DNA of 64,000 bases from an uncultured Acidobacteriota bacterium (GCA_963755825.1 CAVWLA010000003.1:1313261-1377260); one strand, 5' to 3'; numbered from the stretch's first letter, positions 20,599-30,653 are shown. Program-made: numbers and translations. Notes: generated from the sequence alone by a model not told the origin.

Positions 20599-22962
20599 TT
20601 GCTGCTCTCAGTGATCGGCATGCTGCCGGCTCTTCTAGCCGGTCAGGAGGTGAGCTTTCATCTCGTCCCCGAGAGCTCATGGGTGAAGGGACAGCCACGC
20701 CTGGCGGATGAGGTCAAAACGGGGACGGTGGAGCTCTATCGAGAGGGAGCTTACGCGCCTCAGCTCGTCGTCCCGGCCGGCGACGGGGCACACACCGTCC
20801 CGCCAGGCCGCTGGCTCTGGATCGCTCATGCTCCCGGCTACGTGAGCGTCGGGAGTGGCGTGCTCGAGATCCCGGTAAACGGGAGGAAGACAGCGGCGAA
20901 GGTCGTTGTCTGGCCTGTTGTGCCCGCCTGTGAGCTCGCGACCAGTGCCGATCGCCGGTGGAAGAGCATGGACCGGCTTGACCTGGTCTCAATCTCGTAC
21001 TCGACGGTCTATCCTCTCGATCCGAAGAAGATCTTCTCGCAACAGATCCCGGCGGGCCGCTATCTGGCGTACGCGGTCGGCGCTCGCGGCCTCCTTGGGA
21101 TTAGCCGCGTCTCGAGCTGCCGTGCGGGCGAGAGGCAAACGATCCAGCCTCCGCCAACTCCCGCGGCGAGCAGGCAGGATTTTCTCGTTCCAGTCATCCT
21201 TCCCGACGACCAGGGCATCGCGCCGCAAGCTCTCGCCATCGCCTTCACCCAGCTCTCCAAGCGCGCCACCGCCGCGACGACAGCTCCCACGGCGGCTGTT
21301 TGGAACGGCAGGCGCGGCAGCTTCTTCTTTCTCGGAGTGTCCGCCACCGGCCCGCTCGAGCTAGTGATACAGCACACCAAGCTCCGCACCCGTACGCTCG
21401 CAGTGGACGCATTGGGCGGCAGCGTGCGCGAGCTTCCGTCGCAGCTGTTGAAACGTCGACGCTCGCTCCGCTTCATGGTCAATTACCAGCCGCTCCGCGA
21501 GCATCGCAGCGCCAAGGTCGTCGGTTTCGCGTGCGGCCGAAGACACCAGGAGAGCTCGGTCATCGATGTCCGCCGCTGCCGTGCCCTTGGCCGCCAACTG
21601 CCGCTCGCCAAAGGCCCGACCTCGCTACTCGTCGACAACCTTGACGACGGTCAGTACCAGTTCGACGCGGTCGTGGACGATGAGGTGGTCTCCGGCTTGG
21701 GGAATCACTTCGCGCCATATCTCGATCCCGAGACCGACGACGCGCCGATCGTTCAGCCGATGCAGCTTCCGGAGCTCGAGATCTACGGCAACCTGCTGCT
21801 CAAGGACAAGCCTGTCCCCGGCGAGGTCCATCTATGGCCGAACGGCGGCGGAACGGCTCGCCGGTTCGCGACGGATCGCGAGCTTCTGTTCCACCTTTTC
21901 TACTTCGGGTACCTCGCCGACCGCTATGCCCTCAACGCCATCCCCGAGGATCTTCGGCACGGCGACCCCGCAGCGATGCGCGGGCTCTACGACTTCTACA
22001 CCCTCGAAGCCTGCGGCAAGACCGGTTCCTGCAGGCTCTTCAACGTCCACTCGACATTGACCGGCGGCGGGCGGCTCGACCTCGACCTCGGATCGGGCCT
22101 CGGGCTCGACATCGAGGTGGTCTCGAAGGCGACCGGCGAGCCGATCGGCGGGGTGCTCGTCGGCGCCGACCGATCCGATCCGGCGCTCCATTTCGTCGAC
22201 GGCGAGGTCGAGTGGAGGACTCCTGTCGGCCGCGAGGGCCAAGGGACCTACACGGACGACCGAGGCCAGGCGAGAATCCGCAATCTGAAACCCGGCAGCG
22301 TGTCGGTCGGCGCCCTGAAGGCGGGATTCAAGCTGCAGCACGCGGCCGCCGAGGTGCGCGAGGGCGTCCGCACCGCAGTGCGCATCGAGCTCGAGCCGAA
22401 CGGCGGCGGCGCCACCATGCTGCGCTTCGCCGATGGAGCGCCGGTCGGTCAGGCCTATCTCCTGGTGCTGGACGCTCACGGTGTCCGCCAGGGAGGCTGC
22501 TCGCGCGCCACCGGCTCCGACGGCTCGGTCGACCTGCCGGCCTCGTGCCTCGACGCCATGCGGTTGGTGCTGCTCCATCCGGAGGCGGCGGTCACCTCGT
22601 TCGCAGGAAGCGACTGGCTGGGAGCCCACGACATCACGGTCGACCGCGCTCCGGTGCGGCCGGTGCAGGTGAGGATCTCGGACGCTCAGGGAAGACCGCT
22701 CGCCGGTGTGCCGGTCGAGATCCGCTACCGCGACTTCGCGCTCGAGCCCGACGACCTGCTCCTCGCCGCCACCTACACCGGCACGGTCCTCTTCTACCTG
22801 ACCGACGACCAGGGCGAGGCGACGCTGCAGGGGATCGATCCCGCGGACGTCGACCTCCCGGAGGTGGCGATCGCCGGTGGCGCCAGCGAGCGGAAGATCA
22901 AGCCAGTGCCGCTCGCCGGCACTCCGCCGGGTGGGACGGTCGAGATCGTCCTGCCGAACTGA
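20599..22962 (+). CDS. Large exported protein with carboxypeptidase-regulatory-like beta-sandwich domains (start uncertain)
   Basis: Hydrophobic N-terminus; repeats such as TGEPIGGVLV, TDDRGQARIRNLKPG, DAQGRPLAGVPV, TDDQGEATL. Confidence 0.75.
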   Translation: MLLSVIGMLPALLAGQEVSFHLVPESSWVKGQPRLADEVKTGTVELYREGAYAPQLVVPAGDGAHTVPPGRWLWIAHAPGYVSVGSGVLEIPVNGRKTAAKVVVWPVVPACELATSADRRWKSMDRLDLVSISYSTVYPLDPKKIFSQQIPAGRYLAYAVGARGLLGISRVSSCRAGERQTIQPPPTPAASRQDFLVPVILPDDQGIAPQALAIAFTQLSKRATAATTAPTAAVWNGRRGSFFFLGVSATGPLELVIQHTKLRTRTLAVDALGGSVRELPSQLLKRRRSLRFMVNYQPLREHRSAKVVGFACGRRHQESSVIDVRRCRALGRQLPLAKGPTSLLVDNLDDGQYQFDAVVDDEVVSGLGNHFAPYLDPETDDAPIVQPMQLPELEIYGNLLLKDKPVPGEVHLWPNGGGTARRFATDRELLFHLFYFGYLADRYALNAIPEDLRHGDPAAMRGLYDFYTLEACGKTGSCRLFNVHSTLTGGGRLDLDLGSGLGLDIEVVSKATGEPIGGVLVGADRSDPALHFVDGEVEWRTPVGREGQGTYTDDRGQARIRNLKPGSVSVGALKAGFKLQHAAAEVREGVRTAVRIELEPNGGGATMLRFADGAPVGQAYLLVLDAHGVRQGGCSRATGSDGSVDLPASCLDAMRLVLLHPEAAVTSFAGSDWLGAHDITVDRAPVRPVQVRISDAQGRPLAGVPVEIRYRDFALEPDDLLLAATYTGTVLFYLTDDQGEATLQGIDPADVDLPEVAIAGGASERKIKPVPLAGTPPGGTVEIVLPN

Positions 22963-22995
22963 GCGGCGGGAAACCGATCCCCGGCAGCCGGCTCG

Positions 22996-24066
22996 CTAGA
23001 CGCGCACCAGCACCGAGCCCCAGTGCAGGCCGGCGCCGAGCGCGGTGAAGGCGACCAGCGAGCCCTCCGGGGCCTTGCCCTGCTGCCGCGCCTCGTGGAA
23101 GGCGATGGGGAGGGTGGCGGAGGTGGTGTTGCCGTACTTCTGGATGTTGTTGTGGACCTTCTCGGCGGGGAGGCCGAGGGCCTTTTGTGACGCTTCGTTG
23201 ATGCGCAGATTTGCCTGGTGCATGATCAGGAGACCGAGGTCCGCGATGGTGTAGCCGCAGCGGGTGAGCACCTCGCGCGTCACCTCGGGCATGCGGGTGA
23301 CGGCGAGCTTGAAGACGGCGCGGCCGTCCATCACCGGCACCGTCTCGGCGGCGCGGATCATGTCGCAGGTGACGAACGGGCGCCGCTGCGAGCCGAGGCC
23401 CGGCACGTAGAGGATCTCCTTGTGGTTGCCGTCGCCGTAGAGCGCCGAGGTCAGGATGCCGCGCTCGCCGCCCTCTGCGGCGCGGAAGACCATGGCGCCG
23501 GCGCCGTCGCCGAAGAGCACGAGGAGATGGCGGAAGCGCGAGTTCCAGGCGAAGTCCTCCGCCGGCAGCGGCCCCGGATCGCGGTCGTGGAGCACCTCGA
23601 AGGTGCGCTCCGAGAACGGCATCAGCGAGGTGTGGACGTCGGCGCCGACGAGCAGCACGGTGCGCGCGATCCCCGAGCGGATGAGGGCGTCGACCACCTG
23701 CAGGCCGTAGGCGAAGCCGGCGCACTGCTGGCGGATGTCGAGCGCCGGGAGCGCCGCGATCCCCAGCTTCTGCTGCACCAGGGTGCCGGTGCCGGGGAAG
23801 TAGTGGTCCGGCGTCATCGTGGCGCACACCAGGTAGTCGACCTCGCCCGGCTCGACGCCGGCGTCGGCGAGAGCGGCGCGCGCCGCCGCCGCGCCGAGGT
23901 CCGAGGAGCCGACGCCGGCGTCGACGTAGTAGCGGGTGACGATGCCGCTGCGCTCGCGGATCCAGTCGTCGCTGGTCTCGATGATGCGGGCGAGCCGGTC
24001 GTTGTCGATCTCGTGGGGCGGGATGGCGACCCCCGTCCCCGCGAGCACGGCTCTTCGCTCGGTCAT
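22996..24066 (-). CDS. fabH: 3-oxoacyl-ACP synthase III
   Basis: ETSDDWIRERSGI, QCAGF, LFGDGAGA, HQANLRI, YGNTTSA. Confidence 0.95.
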   Translation of the reverse strand: MTERRAVLAGTGVAIPPHEIDNDRLARIIETSDDWIRERSGIVTRYYVDAGVGSSDLGAAAARAALADAGVEPGEVDYLVCATMTPDHYFPGTGTLVQQKLGIAALPALDIRQQCAGFAYGLQVVDALIRSGIARTVLLVGADVHTSLMPFSERTFEVLHDRDPGPLPAEDFAWNSRFRHLLVLFGDGAGAMVFRAAEGGERGILTSALYGDGNHKEILYVPGLGSQRRPFVTCDMIRAAETVPVMDGRAVFKLAVTRMPEVTREVLTRCGYTIADLGLLIMHQANLRINEASQKALGLPAEKVHNNIQKYGNTTSATLPIAFHEARQQGKAPEGSLVAFTALGAGLHWGSVLVRV

Positions 24067-24106
24067 GGTGGGCTCCTTGCGCCGGGGATCGGGAGAGGCC
24101 AGGGCG

Positions 24107-24748
24107 CTACGGCGGCGGCAGGATCGGCAGCACCGGGCCGTCGGCCGGTCCCTGCACCGACGAGCCGATGTAGGGGCCGGTGACGTCGCCGTGCTTCACC
24201 CAGCGGTACCTCTCCGCCGGGCGCTGGCCGTCGAGGCCGCTCGAGCCCTTGGGGCCGTAGAGCCACACCTCGATCGGCGAGGCGCCACGCCGCGGCGGAT
24301 CCTCGAACTCGATCTTCGCCGGCCGGCCGTAGAGGACATAGATGGTGCCGCGCGGCGTCTGGCGGCCGGGCAGGCCGGCCTCGCCGTAGAGGCGGTCGGC
24401 CTCGAGCGCGCGCTGCTCGAAGGTGGCGAGGAAGGGGTTGCCCGGACGGTCCGGCGTCGGATCGCGATGGATCCAGAACTGGCGGATGAACTCCTGCGCC
24501 GCGGCGTCGTCGTTCAAGGCGAGGAAGGCGGCCATCTCCTGCGGTGTCGCCAGGCGCGCCACCGGCCCCACCATCCAGGTCGAGTACTCCGGCGACAGCG
24601 AGGGGTTGGTGACCGAGGCGGCGCTCTGCACCTGGGCGCCGCCGCCGCTGGCGCAGGCGCCGGCGAGGAGACCGGCGGCGAGCGTACCGGCGACGACGAG
24701 GGCGCGAAGGGCGAGGCCTCGCGGGCGGCTAGCGGCGCAGCAGATCAA
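24107..24748 (-). CDS. GWxTD-domain lipoprotein
   Basis: Lipobox LAGAC; FWIHRDPTP, PGRQTPRGTIYVLYGRP, IEVWLY. Confidence 0.8.
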   Translation of the reverse strand: MICCAASRPRGLALRALVVAGTLAAGLLAGACASGGGAQVQSAASVTNPSLSPEYSTWMVGPVARLATPQEMAAFLALNDDAAAQEFIRQFWIHRDPTPDRPGNPFLATFEQRALEADRLYGEAGLPGRQTPRGTIYVLYGRPAKIEFEDPPRRGASPIEVWLYGPKGSSGLDGQRPAERYRWVKHGDVTGPYIGSSVQGPADGPVLPILPPP

Positions 24749-25388
24749 GGAACTCCTCCCGTACCGGCTTCTGGTGGAAGATGCCGCGCAGTGCGGACGT
24801 CACGGTGAGGGCGCCCGGCTTCTTGACGCCGCGCATCTCGACGCAGAGATGGCGCGCCTCGATGACCACCATCGCCCCCTGTGGCTGCAGGTGCTCCTCG
24901 AGGAAGGTCACCACCTGCTCGGTCAGCCGCTCCTGCAGCTGCGGCCGCTTGGCGTAGAACTCGAGGATGCGGGCGAACTTCGAGAGGCCGAGGATGCGGT
25001 CGTTGGGGACGTAGGCGATGTGGGCGTGGCCGTAGAAGGGGACCAGGTGGTGGGCGCACATGGAGTAGAAGGGGAGCTGGGTCTCCATCACCATGTGGCT
25101 GTAGCCTTCGTCGTTGGGAAAGGTGGTGACCTTGGGCTCGGCCCCCTCGTCGAGGCCGTGGAACATCTCGAGATACATCTTCGCGACGCGCACGTCGGTC
25201 TCGGCGAGGTTGGGGTCCGTGGCGTCGAGGCCGAGCTCGGTCAGGATGCCGCGAACGTGCTGGGCGATGCGGACGACCTTGCCCTGCTGCGCGGGGTCCA
25301 GGCCCGTCATGTCGTGCGCCGACGTCTCCGCCGCTTCGTGGTCCAGCACCGCCGGCCCGACGACCCCGCGCTCGATCTCGTCTCTCAT
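24729..25388 (-). CDS. folE: GTP cyclohydrolase I
   Basis: SMCAHHLVPF, GLSKFAR, RPQLQERLT, HLCVEMRG. Confidence 0.97.
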   Translation of the reverse strand: MRDEIERGVVGPAVLDHEAAETSAHDMTGLDPAQQGKVVRIAQHVRGILTELGLDATDPNLAETDVRVAKMYLEMFHGLDEGAEPKVTTFPNDEGYSHMVMETQLPFYSMCAHHLVPFYGHAHIAYVPNDRILGLSKFARILEFYAKRPQLQERLTEQVVTFLEEHLQPQGAMVVIEARHLCVEMRGVKKPGALTVTSALRGIFHQKPVREEFLDLLRR

Positions 25389-25528
25389 GCAGGCGTCTCC
25401 CGGAAGCTCCTCCTCGGAGTCGAAGGGAGTGATCCTACCCTAGTCGGCTCCCTGCAAGAACGCAACCGCCAGCGACCGCTTCGAAAGCCGCGGCTCGGCG
25501 ACGGCGCTGGCGGGTATGATGCAGTCCG

Positions 25529-26197
25529 ATGCCCGGCAAGCATCCCTTCGACGTCGACGCCGCCATGCGGCGGATCCGCCAAGCGGTCCTGCCATTCCCG
25601 AAGGCGGCGATGTTCGCCTTGGCCGACGAGGGTTTCTCGACGCCGTTCGAGCTGCTCATCGCCTGCATCGTCTCGATCCGCACGCGAGACGAGGTCACGA
25701 CGACCTGCTCGCGGCGGCTCTTCGGCCTCGCCCGCACGCCGGCCGAGATGGGCCGGCTGACCGCGAGCCAGATCGACGAGGCGATCGGCGCCAGCACGTT
25801 CCACGGCTCGAAGTCGCGGCAGATCCGGGAGATCGGCCTGCGCCTCGCGACCGAACACGGGGATGCCCTCCCCTGCGACGACGAGGTGCTTCTCTCCCTC
25901 CCCGGCGTCGGACCCAAGTGCGCCAACCTCGTGCTCGGCATCGCCTGCCGCGAGGCGCGCATCGGCGTCGACATCCACGTCCACCGGATTACCAACCGGT
26001 GGGGATATGTGCGGCAGCCGACGCCGGAGCGCACGATGCTCGCTCTGGAGGAGACGCTGCCGAAGGCCTACTGGGTGGAGATCAACCGCCTGCTGGTCCC
26101 CTTCGGCAAGCACATCTGCACGGGCGTGCGCCCGAAGTGCTCGACCTGCCCGGTGCAGGACATGTGCCGGCAGGTGGGCGTGACCTCGCACGCTTGA
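25529..26197 (+). CDS. nth: Endonuclease III
   Basis: HhH motif LPGVGPKCA, VDIHVHRI, 4Fe-4S motif C-x6-C-x2-C-x5-C. Confidence 0.94.
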   Translation: MPGKHPFDVDAAMRRIRQAVLPFPKAAMFALADEGFSTPFELLIACIVSIRTRDEVTTTCSRRLFGLARTPAEMGRLTASQIDEAIGASTFHGSKSRQIREIGLRLATEHGDALPCDDEVLLSLPGVGPKCANLVLGIACREARIGVDIHVHRITNRWGYVRQPTPERTMLALEETLPKAYWVEINRLLVPFGKHICTGVRPKCSTCPVQDMCRQVGVTSHA

Positions 26198-26271
26198 GCG
26201 CCGCCTGTCGAGCCCGATGCACGCCGCCCGCCCGCGGATCGAGAGGCGCCCGGGGCCAGATCTCAGGAAAT

Positions 26272-27558
26272 TTACTTAGCCGGAGCAACCCGCTCGGCCG
26301 GACGCTGCAAGAGGTCTTGGAACAAGAGGTGCCAGCGCTCGGCGATGGCGGACCACTGGTATTCGGACCGAGTGGCAAGCTCGTAGGCAGCGCGGGCGTA
26401 ACGAAGCAAGGTGGCGCGCTCCTGATAAAGGAGCTCGAGCTCCTCCGCGAGCTGCTCAGGCGAGACGATTCCCTCTTCCATCAGATAGGTCGGATTGGTG
26501 AGGCTGGCGATCGGATCCAACATCGGGGCCGCTCCCTCCCAGAGCTCGGCGCAGGCCGAGTGCCGGGGAACGATCTGGGGCGCACCCGTCGCCGCGTGCT
26601 CGAAGCTTACCAGGCCCCAGCCCTCGCCCGAGGACGTCGTCACCCCGACGTCGCAAGCGTTATAGATGAGATTGAGCTGCTCGTCGGTGAAGAACGGCAT
26701 CTTGCCTCGATCGGTCGAAACGATCAGTCGATCATCGATGCCGAGCAAGCGGGCGAAAGTGGGAATGTTCCAGCCAACGTCCTTGATCCCCATGTGGAGA
26801 TACAGCTTGACGCCGGGCGGCTTGCCGGCGGCGAATTGCGCGAAGCCCTTCATCGTGACATCGATGCGTTTGCGCGGCTGATTGCGATTGGCGTTCAGCA
26901 CGATGAAGAAATCCTGCGCCGCCGGTTGACCGGGGAACAGCTCAGCTTTGGCGTTGCGCCTGGCGGTCGCCGCGTTGTTCTCGAAGTCCCGGTCGGGCCA
27001 CGGGAAGAAAACGTCGGTGTCGACGCCGTGGGGCAGGATCTGGATGGCAGGGAACGACAGCGTCGGGTCGCTGGACCGGAGGCGAGCGACCGCTTCCTCC
27101 ATCACGCGACGGCCATACTCTGTATAGGTGACGAGCCGGTGGACCACCGCGAGCGGGGCGATCAGATCCTGCTCGATAGGATCTCCGTCGACCGGACAAT
27201 ACGCCACGATGCAGAGCTTGTCCCGGTACGCCTGCAAGGTCTCGGCGTAGCGGCCGACCACCCAGAGATCGTTCACCACGAGCACGAGCGCCGGCCGCGT
27301 CCGCTCGAGCAGATCCCGCAAGCGGCCCGCTCCGTAGGGGTCGCCGCCGATGTCGGCGGGATAGATCTTCCAAGGCCAGTCGTGGGGATCTCCCCTGTAG
27401 TTCGTCCCCAGTTGGTGGACCCGATAACGTCCCGCGAGAGGGGCGAGGAGACCCTTGACGACACGAGCAAAGCCGGTCGGTGCCGCCGCGTCCCCGACGA
27501 CGAGCAGCGAGGGCCGCCGATCCGTCGCGAGCTCGCCGGCGGCACCGATATCGGTCAT
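26272..27558 (-). CDS. GT4-family (GT-B) glycosyltransferase
   Basis: PTGFARV, PHGVDTDVF, NANRNQPRKRID, YNACDVGVTTSSGEGWGLVSFEHAATGAPQIV. Confidence 0.9.
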   Translation of the reverse strand: MTDIGAAGELATDRRPSLLVVGDAAAPTGFARVVKGLLAPLAGRYRVHQLGTNYRGDPHDWPWKIYPADIGGDPYGAGRLRDLLERTRPALVLVVNDLWVVGRYAETLQAYRDKLCIVAYCPVDGDPIEQDLIAPLAVVHRLVTYTEYGRRVMEEAVARLRSSDPTLSFPAIQILPHGVDTDVFFPWPDRDFENNAATARRNAKAELFPGQPAAQDFFIVLNANRNQPRKRIDVTMKGFAQFAAGKPPGVKLYLHMGIKDVGWNIPTFARLLGIDDRLIVSTDRGKMPFFTDEQLNLIYNACDVGVTTSSGEGWGLVSFEHAATGAPQIVPRHSACAELWEGAAPMLDPIASLTNPTYLMEEGIVSPEQLAEELELLYQERATLLRYARAAYELATRSEYQWSAIAERWHLLFQDLLQRPAERVAPAK

Positions 27559-27830
27559 CCTGGGCGCTGGAAGGGGTTGGTGACGGCGATGGTCACATCG
27601 GACAATTTGGTGAGCGTGATCGTCTCGAACTTGCCATTGCCCTCAGAGACGCTGATCACCGTCAGCTTGAAGACTTTCGCATCCGGCACATTCAACTTCT
27701 CGTCCGGCACCTGATGCGTCTCGCCGTACTTGATCGTCCCCTCGTCGAGAATGGGTCCGCCTCCGGAGAGCTGGACCTGGAACTGGACGACGTCGGTTTC
27801 GAAGCTTGCCCACCTGTTGGTGATCTTCAT
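27555..27830 (-). CDS. Small beta-rich hypothetical protein (91 aa)
   Basis: AAGGAGG RBS; ATGA overlap with the glycosyltransferase start. Confidence 0.75.
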   Translation of the reverse strand: MKITNRWASFETDVVQFQVQLSGGGPILDEGTIKYGETHQVPDEKLNVPDAKVFKLTVISVSEGNGKFETITLTKLSDVTIAVTNPFQRPG

Positions 27831-27951
27831 CTCACGCCTCCTTGTAGGGGTGCAGCACACTCGATGGATCGAACCTGGACGCTGCGCGCCGGTCTATGCC
27901 ACGCAAAGCCCCGCTCACCTGGCACCGGACATGTAGCCATTCAGAAACTTA

Positions 27952-28104
27952 CCGCAGAGATGAGAAGGAAGGCAATCCCGGCAGAGCGGGCTCTCGACGT
28001 TCTGGATGTGGCGGTGCCTCCGGCGGAGCAGGAACGCCTCGCGGAGGTTGCACGCACTCGCCGCTGCTCTGCGGGATGACGGCCGACACCTCTCATTTCT
28101 TCGG
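27952..28104. ncRNA. Candidate structured RNA / long imperfect inverted repeat
   Basis: Three nested stems in an intergenic region (see findings). Confidence 0.35.
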
Positions 28105-28188
28105 AGCGACCGCAGTTCGCATTCTGTGAGGTATACGCGCCTCTCGGTTCGGCGGCCCAAGCCGTTCAAGAGCACCGGTTCCGGCAGC

Positions 28189-28680
28189 TCACCTCACCTG
28201 GTAGAGAGCTCCCAGCACCACCCCATAGGCGAGGTGCGCGGCGAGGGTGATGAGAGGCGTGCGGCGGCCATAGTGGAGGCCGAGGAAGCCGGGAGGCTCG
28301 AGCTGGCGGGTGGGGGTGGGGCCGTGGTCCTCGCTCGCCATGCGGGGATGAATGGTGGGGAGGAGCGGCAGCAGGGCGACGAGGACGAAGAGCCCCTGGA
28401 GGAGGCCGAGGAGGGCGCCCAGCCACCAGGTGGCCCGCCCGAGGGCGGTGAAGGTGAGGACGTAGACGAACGCCGAGAGGACGCCGTTGACGAAGTGGAT
28501 GGCGGCGCCGACGACGTTGGCGCGGTCGCGGTCGGGGGTGAAGACCGAGCCGACGAGGAACGGCATGCTGATGCGCGACAGGCCGAGCCCCTGGGCGGCG
28601 GACATCACGAGGGTGAGGACGAGGGTGGCGAAGAACCCCCAGAGAAGGGCGCCTCCCCAGTCGACGGCGTTCCAGCTCAT
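28189..28680 (-). CDS. Membrane protein (~4 TM), coupled to the GH15 gene
   Basis: Hydrophobic helices; EPPGFLGLHYG; AHLAYG. Confidence 0.8.
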   Translation of the reverse strand: MSWNAVDWGGALLWGFFATLVLTLVMSAAQGLGLSRISMPFLVGSVFTPDRDRANVVGAAIHFVNGVLSAFVYVLTFTALGRATWWLGALLGLLQGLFVLVALLPLLPTIHPRMASEDHGPTPTRQLEPPGFLGLHYGRRTPLITLAAHLAYGVVLGALYQVR

Positions 28681-30629
28681 GCCCGCGCCCCGGTGTGCCC
28701 CGAGGTGGCGGCGGTCGCCGCCTCGCCCTGCATCTCGGCGAGTGTCAGCGCGGCATTGATCAGGCCGACGTGCGAGAACGCCTGCGGGAAGTTGCCGCGG
28801 AAGGCGCCGCTCGCCGGATCGATCTCTTCGGCGTAGAGGCCGACGTCGTTGCCGAAGCGCAGCAGGCGCTCGAAGCGCTCGTCGGCGCGCTCGACCTCCC
28901 CCATCCGCGCCAGCACCTCGACCGCCCAGAAGCCGCAGAGGGCGAAGGCGGACTCGCCGCCGGGGAGGCCGTCGCTCCCCGGCGGGTAGCGGAAGAGGAG
29001 ACCGTCGCGGGTCAGCTCGCGATCGATGCGGGCGACCGTCGCGGCGAGCCGCGGCGACCGCTCGTCGCAGTAGCCGTAGACGCCGAAGAGGAGGAGCGAG
29101 GCGTCGACCCCGTCGCCGTCGAAGGCGTCGACGTAGCTCTCCTCAGTGGCGCTCCAGCCGCGGCTCTCGATCGCCGCGCGGATGGCGTCGCGCTCGCGGC
29201 CGAGCTTGGCGGCGTCGACCTTCACCTCGCCTGCCGCGGCGAGCAGGAGCAGCCGGTCGAGCGCCACCCAGCACATCATCTTCGAGTAGGTGTGATCGAA
29301 GCGCCCGGAGCGCTTCTCCCAGATCCCCTCGTCCGGCTGGCGCCAGAGGGCGCAGACGACGTCGCCCAGGCGGCCGAGAAAGCGCGCCTGCGGGCGGTCG
29401 AGCTTGCCGCCGCGGCGGACGAAATCTGCTGCCGACTCGACCAGCTCGCCGTAGATGTCGAGCTGTAGCTGACCGGCGGCGCCGTTGCTCACCCGAACGG
29501 GCCGCGAGCCGGCGTAGCCCTCGAGATGGCCGAGCTCGCGCTCGGCCCCGGTCTCGCTGCCGTAGACGTCGTAGAGCACGCCGAGCTGGCGGCCGAGCTT
29601 GCGGTCGTGAAGGCGGCCGGCGGAGAGGAGCCAGGAGAGGAAGGCCTTCCCCTCCTCCTGGTAGCCGAGGTCGAAGAAGGCGGCGAGCGTCCACGAGGCG
29701 TCGCGCAGCCAGCAGTAGCGGTAGTCCCAGTTGCGCTCGCCGCCGATCGCTTCCGGCAGCGAGGTGGTGGGCGCCGCGACGACCGCGCCGGAGGGGGCAT
29801 AGGTGAGCAGCTTGAGCGCCAGGACGCTCCGTCGCACCGCCTCGCCGTGCGCTCCGGCGTAGCGGCAGCGGCCGATCCACTGCTGCCACCAGCGGCGCGA
29901 GCGCTCGAGGCGCGCCTCGGCATGCTCGCCGGCCTCGCCGAGCGGCGGGATGGTCGCCGGCTCACTGCTCTCGATGGCGAGCGAGAGGTAGCGGCGCTCG
30001 CCGGCGGCCAGCGCCGCGCGGCCAGCGACGCCGCCCAGGTCGCGGCCGCCCGCGGCGCGCGGCGAGAGCGGGATCTGGCTCTGCAGCGAGAGCACCTGCG
30101 CCCCCGCCGCGAACGCCCAGCCCAGCCGGCGGCGGTCGCTCCGCGGCGCCGGCGCGCGGCCGAAATCCGGGCGCGGATCGCAGACCACCTCGACCTCGAC
30201 CGCGCCGCTCAGGCACTCCAACCGGCGGAGGATCTCGTGCTCGGCGTGCGGCGCACGGCGCCGCGCCACCATGTCGTCGACCGCGAAGAGATCGGTCAGG
30301 CAGAGAACGCCGGTCGCCGTGGTGAAGGTCGTCTCCAGCAGGTTCGTTCCCTCGACGTACCGCCGCGAGACCGCCGCGGGCGCCAGCGGCCGCACGGAGA
30401 AGCTGCCGCCGCGCCGGGCGTCGAGGATCGCCGCGAACACCGCCGGGCTGTCGAAGCGCGGCACGCAGAGCCAATCGATCGAGCCGTTCTTGGCGACCAG
30501 CGCCGCCGAGCGGCAGTCGCCGATCAGCGCGTAGTCGGCGATCGGCGCGTAGGTTGGAGGCCGGTCATCCGGCAGGGTGCGCTCCGCCACGTCTCGGGAA
30601 GCGAGCAAGGCCCGGGCCAGCGGCGGCAC
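28677..30629 (-). CDS. Glycoside hydrolase family 15 (trehalase/glucoamylase-like); start may be the GTG at 30590
   Basis: IADYALIGDC, AAPTTSLPE, NWDYRYCWLRD, QLDIYGE, GNFPQAFSH. Confidence 0.95.
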   Translation of the reverse strand: MPPLARALLASRDVAERTLPDDRPPTYAPIADYALIGDCRSAALVAKNGSIDWLCVPRFDSPAVFAAILDARRGGSFSVRPLAPAAVSRRYVEGTNLLETTFTTATGVLCLTDLFAVDDMVARRRAPHAEHEILRRLECLSGAVEVEVVCDPRPDFGRAPAPRSDRRRLGWAFAAGAQVLSLQSQIPLSPRAAGGRDLGGVAGRAALAAGERRYLSLAIESSEPATIPPLGEAGEHAEARLERSRRWWQQWIGRCRYAGAHGEAVRRSVLALKLLTYAPSGAVVAAPTTSLPEAIGGERNWDYRYCWLRDASWTLAAFFDLGYQEEGKAFLSWLLSAGRLHDRKLGRQLGVLYDVYGSETGAERELGHLEGYAGSRPVRVSNGAAGQLQLDIYGELVESAADFVRRGGKLDRPQARFLGRLGDVVCALWRQPDEGIWEKRSGRFDHTYSKMMCWVALDRLLLLAAAGEVKVDAAKLGRERDAIRAAIESRGWSATEESYVDAFDGDGVDASLLLFGVYGYCDERSPRLAATVARIDRELTRDGLLFRYPPGSDGLPGGESAFALCGFWAVEVLARMGEVERADERFERLLRFGNDVGLYAEEIDPASGAFRGNFPQAFSHVGLINAALTLAEMQGEAATAATSGHTGARA

Positions 30630-30653
30630 CCCCGGGCAAGCGACCGCACGCGC

